Shown here one piece after another: positions 20,531-31,042 of a stretch of 64,000 nt of DNA (its first letter is position 1; each line of letters begins with the position of its first letter). Under the pieces are notes generated by a model. That model had not been told where the DNA came from, searched no databases, and saw only the letters and a program-made list of their open reading frames with translations. Position numbers and translations under genes: made by a program. The stretch is from Candidatus Eiseniibacteriota bacterium (lineage in GTDB: Bacteria; Eisenbacteria; RBG-16-71-46). The stretch is taken from the NCBI GenBank assembly GCA_038231135.1, contig JBBRLX010000001.1:128001-192000 (forward strand). Direction: 5' to 3'.

Positions 20531-20616
20531 AATTCGAACGGAATCGAACCGTGGCGCCCGCCGCCGCCGGACCTACCGGACGCGGGGAGCCCATGGGGAG
20601 CACAGGGAGTGGTGCC

Positions 20617-21729
20617 ATGGCATTCGAGCTCGAAATCGACAGCACCGTATCGGCCAAGCTGAAGGTCATCGGCGTCGGCGGCGCCGGCGGCAACGCGATC
20701 AACCGCATGATCGGCGCCGGCCTCAGGGGCGTGGACTTCATCGTGGCGAACACCGACCTGCAGGCGATCAACCAGTCGCTGGCGCCGGTCCGCATCCAGA
20801 TCGGCATGACCACCACACGCGGGCTGGGCTCGGGCGGCGACCCGTCGCAGGGCCGCCGGTCCGCCGAGGAGGACGAGCAGACGATCGCCGACGCGATCGG
20901 CGAGAGCGACATGGTGTTCATCACCGCCGGCATGGGGGGTGGCACCGGCACCGGCGCCGCGCCGGTGGTGGCCCGCGTGGCGCGCCGCACCGGCGCGCTC
21001 ACCGTCGCCGTCGTGACGAAGCCGTTTCCGTTCGAAGGCCGCCGCCGGCTGCGCCAGGCGGAGGAGGGGCTGGCGGAGCTGCGCGCCGAGGTCGACACGC
21101 TGATCGTGATCCCGAACGAGCGCCTGCTCGCGGTGGTCGACAAGGCCACCCCGCTCATGGATGCGTTCGGGGTGTGCGACGAGGTGCTGCTCAAGGCCAC
21201 GAAGGGCATCTCGGACCTCGTCACGGTGCCGGGCCTCGTGAACCTCGACTTCGCCGACGTGAAGGCGGTGATGTCGAACCGCGGCAACGCGCTGATGGGC
21301 ACCGGCCGCGGCACGGGTCCCAACCGTGCGGTCGAGGCCGCCCAGATCGCGGTATCGAGCCCGCTGCTCGAGGACGTGTCGATCGCGGGCGCCGAGGGCG
21401 TGCTGGTGAACATCACGGGCGGCCGCGATCTCACGCTGCACGAGGTGAACGAGGCGGCGAGCGTCGTCGTCGCCGCCGCGGGTGAGGAGGCCAACGTGAT
21501 CTTCGGTGCGGTGATCGATCCCAACATGGACGGCGAGATGCAGATCACCGTGGTCGCGACCGGATTCGGCCACGCCGAGCCGCGCTTCCGGCTGGTCGAG
21601 AAGCGCACGTCCGAGAGCGAGGATGACGCCGAGCTGCGCAGGCCGAGCTGGACGCCCCGGCGCGAGGTCGAGCGCAACGGTAACGTGTCCCGCGAGGTGC
21701 CGGCCTTCCTGCGGAAGAGCATGGACTGA
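20617..21729 (+). CDS. ftsZ: Cell division protein FtsZ
   Basis: 'GMGGGTGTG', 'NLDFADV', C-terminal 'EVPAFLRK'; start chosen after SD GGGAG. Confidence 0.98.
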   Translation: MAFELEIDSTVSAKLKVIGVGGAGGNAINRMIGAGLRGVDFIVANTDLQAINQSLAPVRIQIGMTTTRGLGSGGDPSQGRRSAEEDEQTIADAIGESDMVFITAGMGGGTGTGAAPVVARVARRTGALTVAVVTKPFPFEGRRRLRQAEEGLAELRAEVDTLIVIPNERLLAVVDKATPLMDAFGVCDEVLLKATKGISDLVTVPGLVNLDFADVKAVMSNRGNALMGTGRGTGPNRAVEAAQIAVSSPLLEDVSIAGAEGVLVNITGGRDLTLHEVNEAASVVVAAAGEEANVIFGAVIDPNMDGEMQITVVATGFGHAEPRFRLVEKRTSESEDDAELRRPSWTPRREVERNGNVSREVPAFLRKSMD

Positions 21730-21748
21730 TCCGGCGCGGCGGCCGTGA

Positions 21749-23086
21749 GTGGCGGCTCCCGGAACGGGCGGCGCGCGCACCACGCGTGAGCCGCCCGCAG
21801 CCGCGATCGGTTCCATCCCGGTTCCAGACGTGACTACCGGATTCGTGCCCGAATTACGTGGCGCAGCCGCGGTGTCCGCGCGGCGCGGCCAGGAGCAGCT
21901 CGACCGTGCCGGGTTCGGGGACGCGGCCGCGTGCTTCGAGGACGCCGCGGCGCGCCTCGCGGCGGGTCACCCCGCGCGGGGCCGGCTGCAGCAGATCGCG
22001 CTCGGGTGCCGCGCCGATCTGGCATACACCCACGTGGCGGCTCAGCGGTTCGGCGCGGCCGCCGCCGAGCTCGACCACGTGCTGCAGCACGACCCGGGCC
22101 ACGTGGCCGCCCGCTGGCTGCGGGCGCGGGTGTGCGAGCGCGAGGGCGCGGCCGCGGTTGCGCTCGAACACCTGGCGCGGCTCGACGCGGCCGGCGTGCG
22201 GGCGGTGCGTCCGAGCCTGCTCGCGGCGGCCTGCCATGCCGCGCTCGGCGATGCCGCAGGCTTCCGCTCGCTGCTGGCCCGGGCGGTGGCGATCACGCGC
22301 GACCGGCCCTGCGCGCCGCTCACGGAGCGGGCGCCGGACGGCGCTGCCGGCAGCATCGGCGTGGACTGGCTGGCGCGGATGCGCCGGAGCGTGGCGCGGC
22401 GGCCGGACGCCGCCGGGGGCCGGGCGCTGCTGGCGGAGCTGCTGCTGGACGCCGGCGGCCTCGAGGAGGCGGACCTCCATGTCGCGATCGCCCGCACGCT
22501 CGCGCCTGACGACGTGGAGGTGATGCTGCTCGCGGGCCGCTCGCGGCTGGCGCGCGGGGACGCGGTGGCGGCGCTCGCGCTGTTCGGACGGGCGGCGGCG
22601 CGCCGTCCCGGCTATGCGGACACGGCGGCATGGATCGGGCTCGCGCGCTTCCACGCCGGCGCGATCGCCGATGCCATCGCTGCGCTCGAGCGGTCGCTCG
22701 CCCTCAACCGGAGCTACGGCGGCGCCTGGCAATCGCTGGCCGTGGTGCGGTTCGCGGCGGGGGATGCGCGCGGCGCGCTCGCGGCGGCGCGGCAGATGTC
22801 GCTACGGCACCGGCAGCCGCCGGAGCGTCCGGGCGCGTTCCACCGGGCGCTGGCCGAGGACCCCGACGACGACGCGATGCGGGAGCTGCAGCGCGCGGTG
22901 ACGCTGCACGCCGGCTACCCGGATCTGGCGGCGGCGCTGGCGCTCGCGCACCGGCGCCGCGAGGCTCAGGCGGCCGCGGGGCGCGAGCGGCCGCGCACGG
23001 CCTTCTCGACCTTGCCCGATCGGATGCAGCGTGTGCAGACGTCGACCGTCTTCACCTGGCCCTGGATCCGGGCGCGCACGCGCTGA
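21749..23086 (+). CDS. Tetratricopeptide-repeat protein (start uncertain)
   Basis: Repeated TPR-like helices ('[15 protein letters not shown]', '[10 protein letters not shown]', 'GYPDL'); 3' end overlaps rpmB on the other strand. Confidence 0.65.
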   Translation: MAAPGTGGARTTREPPAAAIGSIPVPDVTTGFVPELRGAAAVSARRGQEQLDRAGFGDAAACFEDAAARLAAGHPARGRLQQIALGCRADLAYTHVAAQRFGAAAAELDHVLQHDPGHVAARWLRARVCEREGAAAVALEHLARLDAAGVRAVRPSLLAAACHAALGDAAGFRSLLARAVAITRDRPCAPLTERAPDGAAGSIGVDWLARMRRSVARRPDAAGGRALLAELLLDAGGLEEADLHVAIARTLAPDDVEVMLLAGRSRLARGDAVAALALFGRAAARRPGYADTAAWIGLARFHAGAIADAIAALERSLALNRSYGGAWQSLAVVRFAAGDARGALAAARQMSLRHRQPPERPGAFHRALAEDPDDDAMRELQRAVTLHAGYPDLAAALALAHRRREAQAAAGRERPRTAFSTLPDRMQRVQTSTVFTWPWIRARTR

Positions 23087-23181
23087 AGGTTGGGGTTCCA
23101 CACCCGCTTCGTGATGTTGTTCGCGTGACTCACGTTGTTTCCGAACATCTTGCCCCGGCCGCACATCGCACACGTTGCCAC
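22966..23181 (-). CDS. rpmB: 50S ribosomal protein bL28, zinc-binding form
   Basis: 'CAMCG...[19 protein letters not shown]...CTRCIRSG'; SD GGAGG. Confidence 0.95.
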   Translation of the reverse strand: MATCAMCGRGKMFGNNVSHANNITKRVWNPNLQRVRARIQGQVKTVDVCTRCIRSGKVEKAVRGRSRPAAA

Positions 23182-23334
23182 GACGAACCTCCTGTAGAAC
23201 TGCCGAACCCGGCGGGACCGCCGGTACCCTGCTGACGTGTCGATTCTGCCACCGGACCGGGTGCCGCAAACCCCGGATGTCCAGCCGCGAAAAACGCAGG
23301 GTACAGTAGCAGTTTCCCCGGCACCCTCGCAACG

Positions 23335-23772
23335 TCACCCGAACGGCCCCGGCGCCCTTGAGCGCGCCCGCCGGGGATCGGAGCCGCGGCCGTTCAGTGA
23401 CGGCGTGGCTCGCATCGCCGCCGCCACCCCGGCGGCCAGCACGAGCTGAAACGGCAGGCGCGCCCACAACAGCAACTCCCCCCACCCGGCGCCGCCATGC
23501 GCTCGATACACGCGCAGCATTTCCACGTTGGCGGGCAGCACGGTGAACAGCAGCAGGATCAGACCCCAGCCGGCAACCCGACGGGTGCGGCGCACCAGCA
23601 GGCCGATCCCACCCAGGATCTCGGCGATGCCGCTGATCGCGATCAGTCGATCGTGCGCCGGCAGGTAGGATGGCATGATGCCGCGATAGCGCTCCGGCAT
23701 CACCAGGTGCAGGACACCCGCGGCGACGAACAGGATGGACAGAACCGCTCGCAACAGCCGGGTGCCGGTCAC
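23335..23772 (-). CDS. DoxX-like membrane protein
   Basis: 'FVAAGVLH...IMPSYLP...ISGIAEILGGIGLL...PANV...RLPFQ'; GTG 23772 with SD AGGAG. Confidence 0.75.
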   Translation of the reverse strand: MTGTRLLRAVLSILFVAAGVLHLVMPERYRGIMPSYLPAHDRLIAISGIAEILGGIGLLVRRTRRVAGWGLILLLFTVLPANVEMLRVYRAHGGAGWGELLLWARLPFQLVLAAGVAAAMRATPSLNGRGSDPRRARSRAPGPFG

Positions 23773-23981
23773 GAAGCTCCTGTCATGCGGGTCGCGTCCT
23801 GTCGTGAGGACTGCGGTGGAGCGGAATCGTCCTGACGGCAAAACCGCGGGCTCGATCGATCCTACCGCGATCGCGTTCCGGCGCCCGGCTCGAATCGGTT
23901 AGGATCGGTCCGCGACAGGCGCTGGAGGCGGTTCCGGAACCGCCGGAAGCCCTGCCTCCACTCGACTCGCCCCGGACCGCC

Positions 23982-26111
23982 ATGACTACCGTGGACACAC
24001 CTCGACGCCCACTCGCGCTCGCACCCGACGCCCGGATCCAGTTCGTCCCCGGCGTGGGGCCGCAGCGTGCCCAGGCGTTCGAGCGGCTCGGGCTCCAGAG
24101 CGTCGAGGACGTGATCCGCCACTACCCGCGCACCTATCTCGACGCCCGGCGGTTCGTGAACATCGCCGATCTCGCCCCGGGCGGCCTCGTCACCGTGAAG
24201 GGCGTCGTGCGGCGCGGCGCCGCCGTGCGCACCCGCGGCGGCCGCGCGGACTTCACCGCGGTGATCGCGGACGACACCGGCGTGCTCGGCTGTTACTTCT
24301 TCGGCCAGCCGTTCCTCGCGCGCACGCTGGTCCCCGGGACGCGCGTGGTGGTGAGCGGCGTCGTGGAACCACTCGAGCGCCGCATGCAGAATCCGATGTT
24401 CGAGGTGGTCGAGGACGACATCGAGCAACTGATGCACGCCGGACGGCTGGTGCCGGTGCACGCGCTCACGCGCGGGCTGACGGCGCGCGGCATGCGCACG
24501 GTGGTGCGCGCCGCGCTCGATCGCGCCGTGGCGGCCGTCGAGGATGCGGTCCCGGGATCCGTCGCGGCGGCGCGCGGGCTGCTGCCGCTCGCCGCCGCGC
24601 TCCGGGCGATCCATTTTCCCGAGACCGACGCCGAGCTGGCCGCGGCGCGGCGGCGGCTGGCGTTCGAGGAGCTGTTCCTGCTCCAGACCGTGCTCGGCCT
24701 GAGGCGCCGCGCGCTCCAGCAGGAGGGCCGCGGGTTCGCGACCGCGGGGCCGGGCGAGCTGGCGGCGCGCGCGCGGGCCGCACTGCCGTTCGTGCTCACC
24801 CCCGATCAGGACACGGCGCTGGCCGAGATCACCGCCGACCTGCGCCGCCCGCTGCCGATGCAGCGCATGCTGCTCGGGGACGTCGGCAGCGGCAAGACCG
24901 CGGTCGCGTGGCTCGCGGCGCTGCACGTGATCGAGGCCGGGCACCAGGCGGCGTTCATGGCGCCCACCGAGATCCTGGCGCGCCAGCACGGCCGCAATCT
25001 CGCCGCGTTCGGCGCCGCCGTCGACGTGCCGGTGGCGGTGCTCACCGGGTCCACGCCCGCCGACGAGCGCCGCCGCGCCGCGCGGCTGCTCGAGGCGGGA
25101 ACGCCGATGCTGGTGGTCGGCACCCATGCGCTGCTCGAGGACAAGGTGCGGCTGCCGGGCCTGGCGCTCGCGATCGTGGACGAGCAGCACCGGTTCGGCG
25201 TGCGCCAGCGGGCGCGGCTCGCGGCCAAGGCCGTGATGCCCGACGTGCTGGTGCTCACCGCCACGCCGATCCCGCGCACGCTCACGCTCGCCTACTACGG
25301 CGACCTCGACGTGAGCACGCTGCGCGCGCGGCCGGCCGGGCGCGGCCGGCTCGTCACCCGGGTGACGCGGGAGGACAGGTTTCCGCAGGTGATCGAGTTC
25401 ATGGCGAAGGAGCTGGCGGCGGGCCGCCAGGCGTTCGTGGTGGTGCCGCTGATCGAGGCGGGCGAGGGGCCTGTGGCGTCGCGCGTCTCGACGCGCAGCC
25501 ATCGCGCCGCGGAGGACGAGTTCCAGCGGCTGTCGGGTCATCCGCACCTGCGGCCGTACCGGGTGGGACTACTGCACGGGCGGCTCAAAGCCCCGGACAA
25601 GCAGCGCGTCATGGAGGAGTTCGCCGCCGGCACGCTCCACGTGCTGGTCGCGACCACGGTGGTCGAGGTGGGCGTGGATGTCGCGAACGCCACGGTGATG
25701 CTGATCGAGAACGCCGACCGGTTCGGTCTCACCCAGCTCCATCAGCTGCGCGGCCGCGTGGGCCGCGGCGCCCACCGCTCGGTGTGTGTGCTGATGCCGT
25801 GCGCGGAGTCGAACCCGCTGGCGATCGAGCGCCTCGACGTGCTGGCGCGCACCGACGACGGGTTCGAGATCGCGGAGGCCGACCTCAGGCTGCGCGGGCC
25901 CGGGGAGTTGTGGGGCGTGCGCCAGAGCGGGGTGCCGAGGTTGAGGCTCGCGGACCTGGCGCGGGACGGCGAGTTGTTCGAGGAGGCGCAGGCTTCGGCG
26001 CGCGCCGTGGTGGAGGTGGATCCGGGTTTGCTCCGCGAGGAGCACGCCGCGCTCAAGCGTGTGCTGCAGCGCGACTATCACGAACCGCTCGAACTGGCGA
26101 TGGCGGGATGA
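23982..26111 (+). CDS. recG: ATP-dependent DNA helicase RecG
   Basis: 'GDVGSGKT', 'DEQHRFGV', 'TATPIPRTL', 'QLHQLRGRVGRG', 'DLRLRGPGE'. Confidence 0.96.
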   Translation: MTTVDTPRRPLALAPDARIQFVPGVGPQRAQAFERLGLQSVEDVIRHYPRTYLDARRFVNIADLAPGGLVTVKGVVRRGAAVRTRGGRADFTAVIADDTGVLGCYFFGQPFLARTLVPGTRVVVSGVVEPLERRMQNPMFEVVEDDIEQLMHAGRLVPVHALTRGLTARGMRTVVRAALDRAVAAVEDAVPGSVAAARGLLPLAAALRAIHFPETDAELAAARRRLAFEELFLLQTVLGLRRRALQQEGRGFATAGPGELAARARAALPFVLTPDQDTALAEITADLRRPLPMQRMLLGDVGSGKTAVAWLAALHVIEAGHQAAFMAPTEILARQHGRNLAAFGAAVDVPVAVLTGSTPADERRRAARLLEAGTPMLVVGTHALLEDKVRLPGLALAIVDEQHRFGVRQRARLAAKAVMPDVLVLTATPIPRTLTLAYYGDLDVSTLRARPAGRGRLVTRVTREDRFPQVIEFMAKELAAGRQAFVVVPLIEAGEGPVASRVSTRSHRAAEDEFQRLSGHPHLRPYRVGLLHGRLKAPDKQRVMEEFAAGTLHVLVATTVVEVGVDVANATVMLIENADRFGLTQLHQLRGRVGRGAHRSVCVLMPCAESNPLAIERLDVLARTDDGFEIAEADLRLRGPGELWGVRQSGVPRLRLADLARDGELFEEAQASARAVVEVDPGLLREEHAALKRVLQRDYHEPLELAMAG

Positions 26112-26845
26112 TCACGATCACCTGTCCCCACTGCGCGAGCCGGTTTCGCCTGCCACCGGAACTCGCCGGGCCGGGCGGCGCCCGCGTGCGGTGCGCCCGG
26201 TGCGAGGGCGCGTTCGACTGGATCCGCTCGCGGCCCGCCGGCCACGGCGCGGCGCGGGACGTCCGGCATCCGGCCGGCGCCGGCCACTCCGCCGCGCGAG
26301 CGCCGGCCCTCGACCCGTTCGAATCGGCTGGGCCTGCGGCCGGATTCGAGGCATACGACGTGGCTCGAGTCGCGCGCGAGTTCGACCCGTTCGACGTGGC
26401 CGCGCCCGCCGCGGCGCGCGATCCGTTCCCTGCAGATCCACACTCGACGGAGCCGGACGTCGCCGCGGCGACCCCGCACGTCACGGAGTTCGTGATGCTC
26501 TTGGACGACGGCATGAGCATGATGGCCGAGCTCGAATCGCTCGCCGCCCCGCCGGCGGGCGTCGCGCCGCCGCCGGCCACCGCGGTGCAGGAGCTCGATG
26601 CCGCGGATGCCACGCCCGCGCTCGTCGCGCGCCTGGCGGTCGAGGAGCTGGTGAACGCGGGCTCGGCGGCGCTGCTCGAGGCCTACGACCAGGCCGCGCT
26701 GTTCGCGCGGTTCGGGCCGGCGATCGCGGTCGCATGGCAGCACTGCCTCGACCGTTTGGGCGCGGGCGCCGATCCATCCCTGTTCCGGGCGGCGCTCAAG
26801 GCGCGGCTCGGGATCGACCTGCCGGAGTGGATCGACCGCGGCTGA
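26108..26845 (+). CDS. Zinc-ribbon (MJ0042-finger type) protein
   Basis: N-terminal 'ITCPHCASRFRL...VRCARCEGAF'; ATGA-coupled to recG; low-complexity linker, helical C-terminus. Confidence 0.75.
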   Translation: MITITCPHCASRFRLPPELAGPGGARVRCARCEGAFDWIRSRPAGHGAARDVRHPAGAGHSAARAPALDPFESAGPAAGFEAYDVARVAREFDPFDVAAPAAARDPFPADPHSTEPDVAAATPHVTEFVMLLDDGMSMMAELESLAAPPAGVAPPPATAVQELDAADATPALVARLAVEELVNAGSAALLEAYDQAALFARFGPAIAVAWQHCLDRLGAGADPSLFRAALKARLGIDLPEWIDRG

Positions 26846-26861
26846 CGCCGGTCGCGGCGGC

Positions 26862-28199
26862 TCAGCCGGGCGGCGCGGCCTCCGGCGCGGCCGTCATCCG
26901 TCGCCCCCACAGCACCGCCGCGAACCCGATGGCGGCCACGCAGCCGGCGCAGGTGAGCAGCGCGGCCTCGATGCCGAAGTTGCGCGCGATCGCGCCCGCC
27001 GCAGTGACGCCGAACAGGAACACCAGCCGCATCAGGAAGTCGCGCGCGCTGAACACCCGCCCGCGATGCTGGGGCGCGGTGCCTTCCTGCAGCAGCGTCT
27101 CGCACAGCGTGAACGCCGGGGCCGCCGCGATGCCGATCAGGAACGCGGACGCGGCGAACACCGCGAAGCGTGTGGACAGTGCGAATGCCACCAGCGCGCC
27201 CCCCACGACGATCAGCCCGCCGCCGAGCAGCGGGCCGCTCGCGTGCCGGCGGCCGCGGGTGTTCACCCACACGGTGCCGATCCCGCTGCCGAGCCCGAGG
27301 ACCGACATGAGCACGCCGAGGCGCTCCATGCCGGGCGAGCTCGCGGCGCGCTGAATGTGCTGGTTGCCCGCGACGTGCAGGAACCCGCCGCCCACCCACA
27401 CCGCCGCGAGCGCCAGCAGCGCGAGCCGCACCACCGGATTCCGGCGCACGATGTTCCAGCCCTCGCCGACTTCGCGCACGTAACCCCGCAGCGTGGTCGT
27501 CCTGCGGGGACCCGTGTCGTGGCGGGGCTGGTTGCGGATCACGAGCAGCGCCGCCACCGAGACCAGATACGTGCCCCCGTTGATGTAGAGCGCGACCCCC
27601 CAGCCCCAGTGATCCACGACCCAGCCGCCGGCCAGCGCGCCGACCGCGGTCGCGACGATGCCGGCGCCGGCGAGCAGGGCGTTCGCCGCCAGCAGCTGCG
27701 GGGGCGGCACCAGGTCCGGCAGGATCGCGCTCTTCGCGGGCAGGAACAGCACGTTGCAGGTGAACATCGCAAACACGATCGCGAACATGGGGACGGTGGC
27801 GTGCGTGACCCCATACAGCACCGGGATCAGCATCACCAGCAGCGAGCGCAGGAAATCCGACACCACCAGCACGTGACGCAGGTTGCGGCGGTCGAGCCAC
27901 GCGCCGGTGAACGGCGAGAACAGCAGCACCGGCGCGAGCATGACGTTCGCGAGCACCGTCAGCAGCAGCGACGAGCGGGGATCGGCGAAATGGTGGGTGT
28001 GCACCGCAAGCATGCCGACCAGCGCGAGGTAGGTGAGGCGCTCGCCGAGGATCGAGATCAGCTGACCCCACCACAGCGCACCGAAGTTGCGCTGCAGCAA
28101 CAGCGGCCGCGGGACCGTGACGGGCGTTGTGGGCGCCGGCGAGGCCGTGGCGGGCGCGGGCGCCGACGGGACCGGATCCGCGGGGCGCTCGGGCGCCAT
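26862..28199 (-). CDS. MFS transporter
   Basis: 'FGALWWGQLISILGE', 'GAWLDRRNLR', 'RGRVFS'; about 12 TM. Confidence 0.85.
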   Translation of the reverse strand: MAPERPADPVPSAPAPATASPAPTTPVTVPRPLLLQRNFGALWWGQLISILGERLTYLALVGMLAVHTHHFADPRSSLLLTVLANVMLAPVLLFSPFTGAWLDRRNLRHVLVVSDFLRSLLVMLIPVLYGVTHATVPMFAIVFAMFTCNVLFLPAKSAILPDLVPPPQLLAANALLAGAGIVATAVGALAGGWVVDHWGWGVALYINGGTYLVSVAALLVIRNQPRHDTGPRRTTTLRGYVREVGEGWNIVRRNPVVRLALLALAAVWVGGGFLHVAGNQHIQRAASSPGMERLGVLMSVLGLGSGIGTVWVNTRGRRHASGPLLGGGLIVVGGALVAFALSTRFAVFAASAFLIGIAAAPAFTLCETLLQEGTAPQHRGRVFSARDFLMRLVFLFGVTAAGAIARNFGIEAALLTCAGCVAAIGFAAVLWGRRMTAAPEAAPPG

Positions 28200-28210
28200 G
28201 GGATCGCGCG

Positions 28211-29350
28211 TCAGGCGGCGGTGTGAACGGCGCTGCGCCTGGCGATCGCCTCGCGGTACACGGCTTCGATCTGGTCGGTGACGCGCGGCCATGCGAACTC
28301 GAGCGCGCGGCTGCGGCCGCGTTGCGCGAGCACCTGGCGCCGCTCGGGGTCGTTCACGAGCCGCACCAGAGTGTCGGCCAGCGACGCCGAGCTGCCGGGA
28401 GTGAACATCATGCCGTTCACGTCGGGCTGGACCACGGACCGGTAGCCGGGGATGTCGGACGCGACGACCGGACACCCCGACGCCATCGCCTCGAGCAGCA
28501 CGATGCCGAAACTCTCGTTGCCGGACGCCGGGGACACGAAGATGTCGCCGGTGCGGTACCACCGCGGCAGGTCGGCCTTCGGCACGTGGCCCAGGAACCA
28601 CACGTGATCGCGCACGGCGGCCGGGACCGAGGCCTCGTAGCGGGCGCGCAGGTACGAATCGCCGATCACGATCAGCCGCGCGCGGCCGTGGGTGCGCTGC
28701 ATCACCTCGGGCATCGCATCGATCAGCACCTGGACGCCCTTGCGCGGGTCGAGCCTGCCGACGAACAGCAGGTTCACACGGTCGGGATCGCGCCACGCGT
28801 CGAACATCGGCACCGTGGGCGAGAACCGCTCGATGTCGACCCCGTTCGGAATGATGCGGTAGTCGCCGGGGAAGATCAGCTTCGCGGTGTCGGCCGCGGT
28901 GCGCGACACCGCGATCCGCGCGTCGAGCTTGTCCACCACCTTGGTCAGGAAATTACGGAACGTGTCCACCAGCACGCCGGTGCCGCCGGTGCTGTGGAAC
29001 GTACCCACCTGCGGGCAGGACGCCGCCTGGATCGCGAGGATCGGCAGGCTCGGCGAGATCGGACAGTGGGTGTGCACCACATCGAAATCGTGGCGGGCGA
29101 ACAACTCGCGCAGGTTGCGCTTCAGCGTCAGCCCAACCGTGAAATCGACGAACGCCTTGTTGAACGGGAGCAGCACGTTGTAGCCGACGCGATCCACGTA
29201 TTCGGGATCCGGCACGTCGCCGCGGAACCGGCTGGTGATGATGCGCACGTCGTGGCCGCGGCGTATCAGCTCCTCGGCGGTGTGATGGACGTGCTCGGTG
29301 ACGCCGCCGAACCGTGGATAGTACGACTGTGAAACGATCGCGATCTTCAC
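28211..29350 (-). CDS. GT4 glycosyltransferase, PimA-like
   Basis: 'GGVTEHV', 'GTFH', 'GRLDPRKG', 'NESFGIVLLEAMASG'; coupled to upstream acyltransferase. Confidence 0.8.
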   Translation of the reverse strand: MKIAIVSQSYYPRFGGVTEHVHHTAEELIRRGHDVRIITSRFRGDVPDPEYVDRVGYNVLLPFNKAFVDFTVGLTLKRNLRELFARHDFDVVHTHCPISPSLPILAIQAASCPQVGTFHSTGGTGVLVDTFRNFLTKVVDKLDARIAVSRTAADTAKLIFPGDYRIIPNGVDIERFSPTVPMFDAWRDPDRVNLLFVGRLDPRKGVQVLIDAMPEVMQRTHGRARLIVIGDSYLRARYEASVPAAVRDHVWFLGHVPKADLPRWYRTGDIFVSPASGNESFGIVLLEAMASGCPVVASDIPGYRSVVQPDVNGMMFTPGSSASLADTLVRLVNDPERRQVLAQRGRSRALEFAWPRVTDQIEAVYREAIARRSAVHTAA

Positions 29351-30252
29351 GCTTCGACGTGCTGCGTGGCCCCGGCGGGCGCGGATTCGGGGGTCGGGGC
29401 CGGCTCCCACATCGGCCGGAATATGCACCACTGGTCGATGTGATCGTGGATGTGGCGCTGCACCGTCGACGCCACGGCCGCATTGAGCGCCTGGGCGGAC
29501 GGGAACGCGGCGGGGTCGAGCGCCGGCTCCATCACGATGCGGAACCGGCCGGTGCCGATCCGCTCGCAGTAGCCGCAGATGATCAGCGCTCCCGTGCGCT
29601 GGGCGAGCACGCCCGGCCCGGTCGGCCAGCGGGTCTCGCGGCCGAAGAATTCCACCGGGGCGCCATGCGAGTAGAGATCGCCGTCGACCATCAGCGCGAC
29701 CAGGTCGTTGTGCTCGAGTGCGCGCAGCAGCTTGCGCATGCCGTCCTCGTGGGACACCGTGTGGATCGCGAGTTCGGTCTTGGTGTCGCGCACGGCGGGG
29801 GACAGCCAGCGATTGAGCTGTACGCCGGCCACCGCGTGCAGCGTGTAGCCCATGTGGGCGAGCACCACCGCGGCCAGCTCCCAGTTGCCGAGGTGGGTGG
29901 AGGCGAGGATCACGCCGCGCCCGCGGGCCACCGCCTGCTCCAGATGGTCACGCCCGACCACCTCGACCGAGTTCAGCAGCTCCTCCCGCTCGAGGTGGGG
30001 GAGCCGGAAGAACTCGAACAGCATATAGGTGTAGCTGCGCATCATCCGCCGGACGATCCGCAGGCGTTCGCGTCGCGGGGTGCCGGGGAGCGCCACCGCC
30101 AGATTCGCGAGCGCGGCGTGCCGGCGAGCCGGGAACAGCCGGAAGTGCAGCTCGCTGAACCACGACGCGAGCGTGTATCCGACTGCGAGCGGCATGCCTG
30201 CGACGAACCCGGTGAGCCAGCCGAAAACGAGCCGAGACATCGTGTTCTCCAC
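29347..30252 (-). CDS. LpxL/PatA-family acyltransferase
   Basis: 'GRGVILASTHLGNWE', 'VALMVDG', 'VEFFG', 'QW..F...W'. Confidence 0.8.
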   Translation of the reverse strand: MENTMSRLVFGWLTGFVAGMPLAVGYTLASWFSELHFRLFPARRHAALANLAVALPGTPRRERLRIVRRMMRSYTYMLFEFFRLPHLEREELLNSVEVVGRDHLEQAVARGRGVILASTHLGNWELAAVVLAHMGYTLHAVAGVQLNRWLSPAVRDTKTELAIHTVSHEDGMRKLLRALEHNDLVALMVDGDLYSHGAPVEFFGRETRWPTGPGVLAQRTGALIICGYCERIGTGRFRIVMEPALDPAAFPSAQALNAAVASTVQRHIHDHIDQWCIFRPMWEPAPTPESAPAGATQHVEA

Positions 30253-30285
30253 TCCTAAACGTCCCGCGGTCCGATACCCTGATCG

Positions 30286-30315
30286 AAACTAGCTTCAGGC
30301 CGCAAGTGCTGTCAA
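30286..30315 (-). promoter_or_regulatory. Putative sigma70 promoter of acyltransferase-GT4-MFS operon
   Basis: Minus-strand TTGACA-18 nt-TAGTTT. Confidence 0.45.
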
Positions 30316-30482
30316 GGACGCGGCTTCGCCCGGATTTCGTCGGTTCGGATTTTGTTCCGATGGACCCGCCGTCCCGCGCGACCTAGGATACGCGCGGGCG
30401 CCGGTGTCCAGCAGTCGCTCGCCGACTCGCCGGATGGGGGATTCCGGACCCTCGAGGCACTGGGCCGTGCAACGGAGGGAGC

Positions 30483-30890
30483 GTGCCGAGTCAGAAGCTC
30501 ATGCGATGCCTGATCCGCCCGGTAGGTAGTTCCGTGGCGCCGAGCGAACGGTTCGTCCCGCTCGAAATCTATGGGTTGTGGGAATTCCTGATGCGGGACA
30601 AGCACAGCTTCGAGGTGGTCGATTCCCGGGCGTCGCTGTGGCTCGACATGGAGGACTCGCCCGAGGCCGCCTACGGCGAGGATCAGTACGATCGCGTGAC
30701 GGAAATCACCGCGTTCGTCTATTCGGGCCGCGACGAGATGTTCACGCGCGCCCGCCGGTACTTCCCCACGGATCAATGCCCGCGTCTGCGCGAGATCTTC
30801 CTCAAGCACTACGAGCTGGAAGGGGCGCGGTTGCAGACCCAGGTACGCGAGCGCCCCGGCATCTGGCTCCACCGCACGGCAGCGGTCTGA
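30483..30890 (+). CDS. Hypothetical protein (135 aa)
   Basis: SD GGAGG before GTG; GC3-rich codons; globular-looking composition. Confidence 0.7.
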   Translation: MPSQKLMRCLIRPVGSSVAPSERFVPLEIYGLWEFLMRDKHSFEVVDSRASLWLDMEDSPEAAYGEDQYDRVTEITAFVYSGRDEMFTRARRYFPTDQCPRLREIFLKHYELEGARLQTQVRERPGIWLHRTAAV

Positions 30891-31042
30891 AAATCGCCGA
30901 TTGCTGCGTTGGCTCGTCGCTCCTCCCTGCGAAGTCGGCGGGTCTTGATCGGTACCGCGGCGGCTGATCTCGCTCGCGGCGTCCGCTGATTCACGGCCTT
31001 TTCGGGGCCTCCCGGGCCTGCCTTCCCGCCCCAGCTTTTCGT

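Noticed and set aside
30256..30277. TAAA...TCCGATAC as a third sigma28 promoter
   Set aside because: Spacer is only 10 nt.
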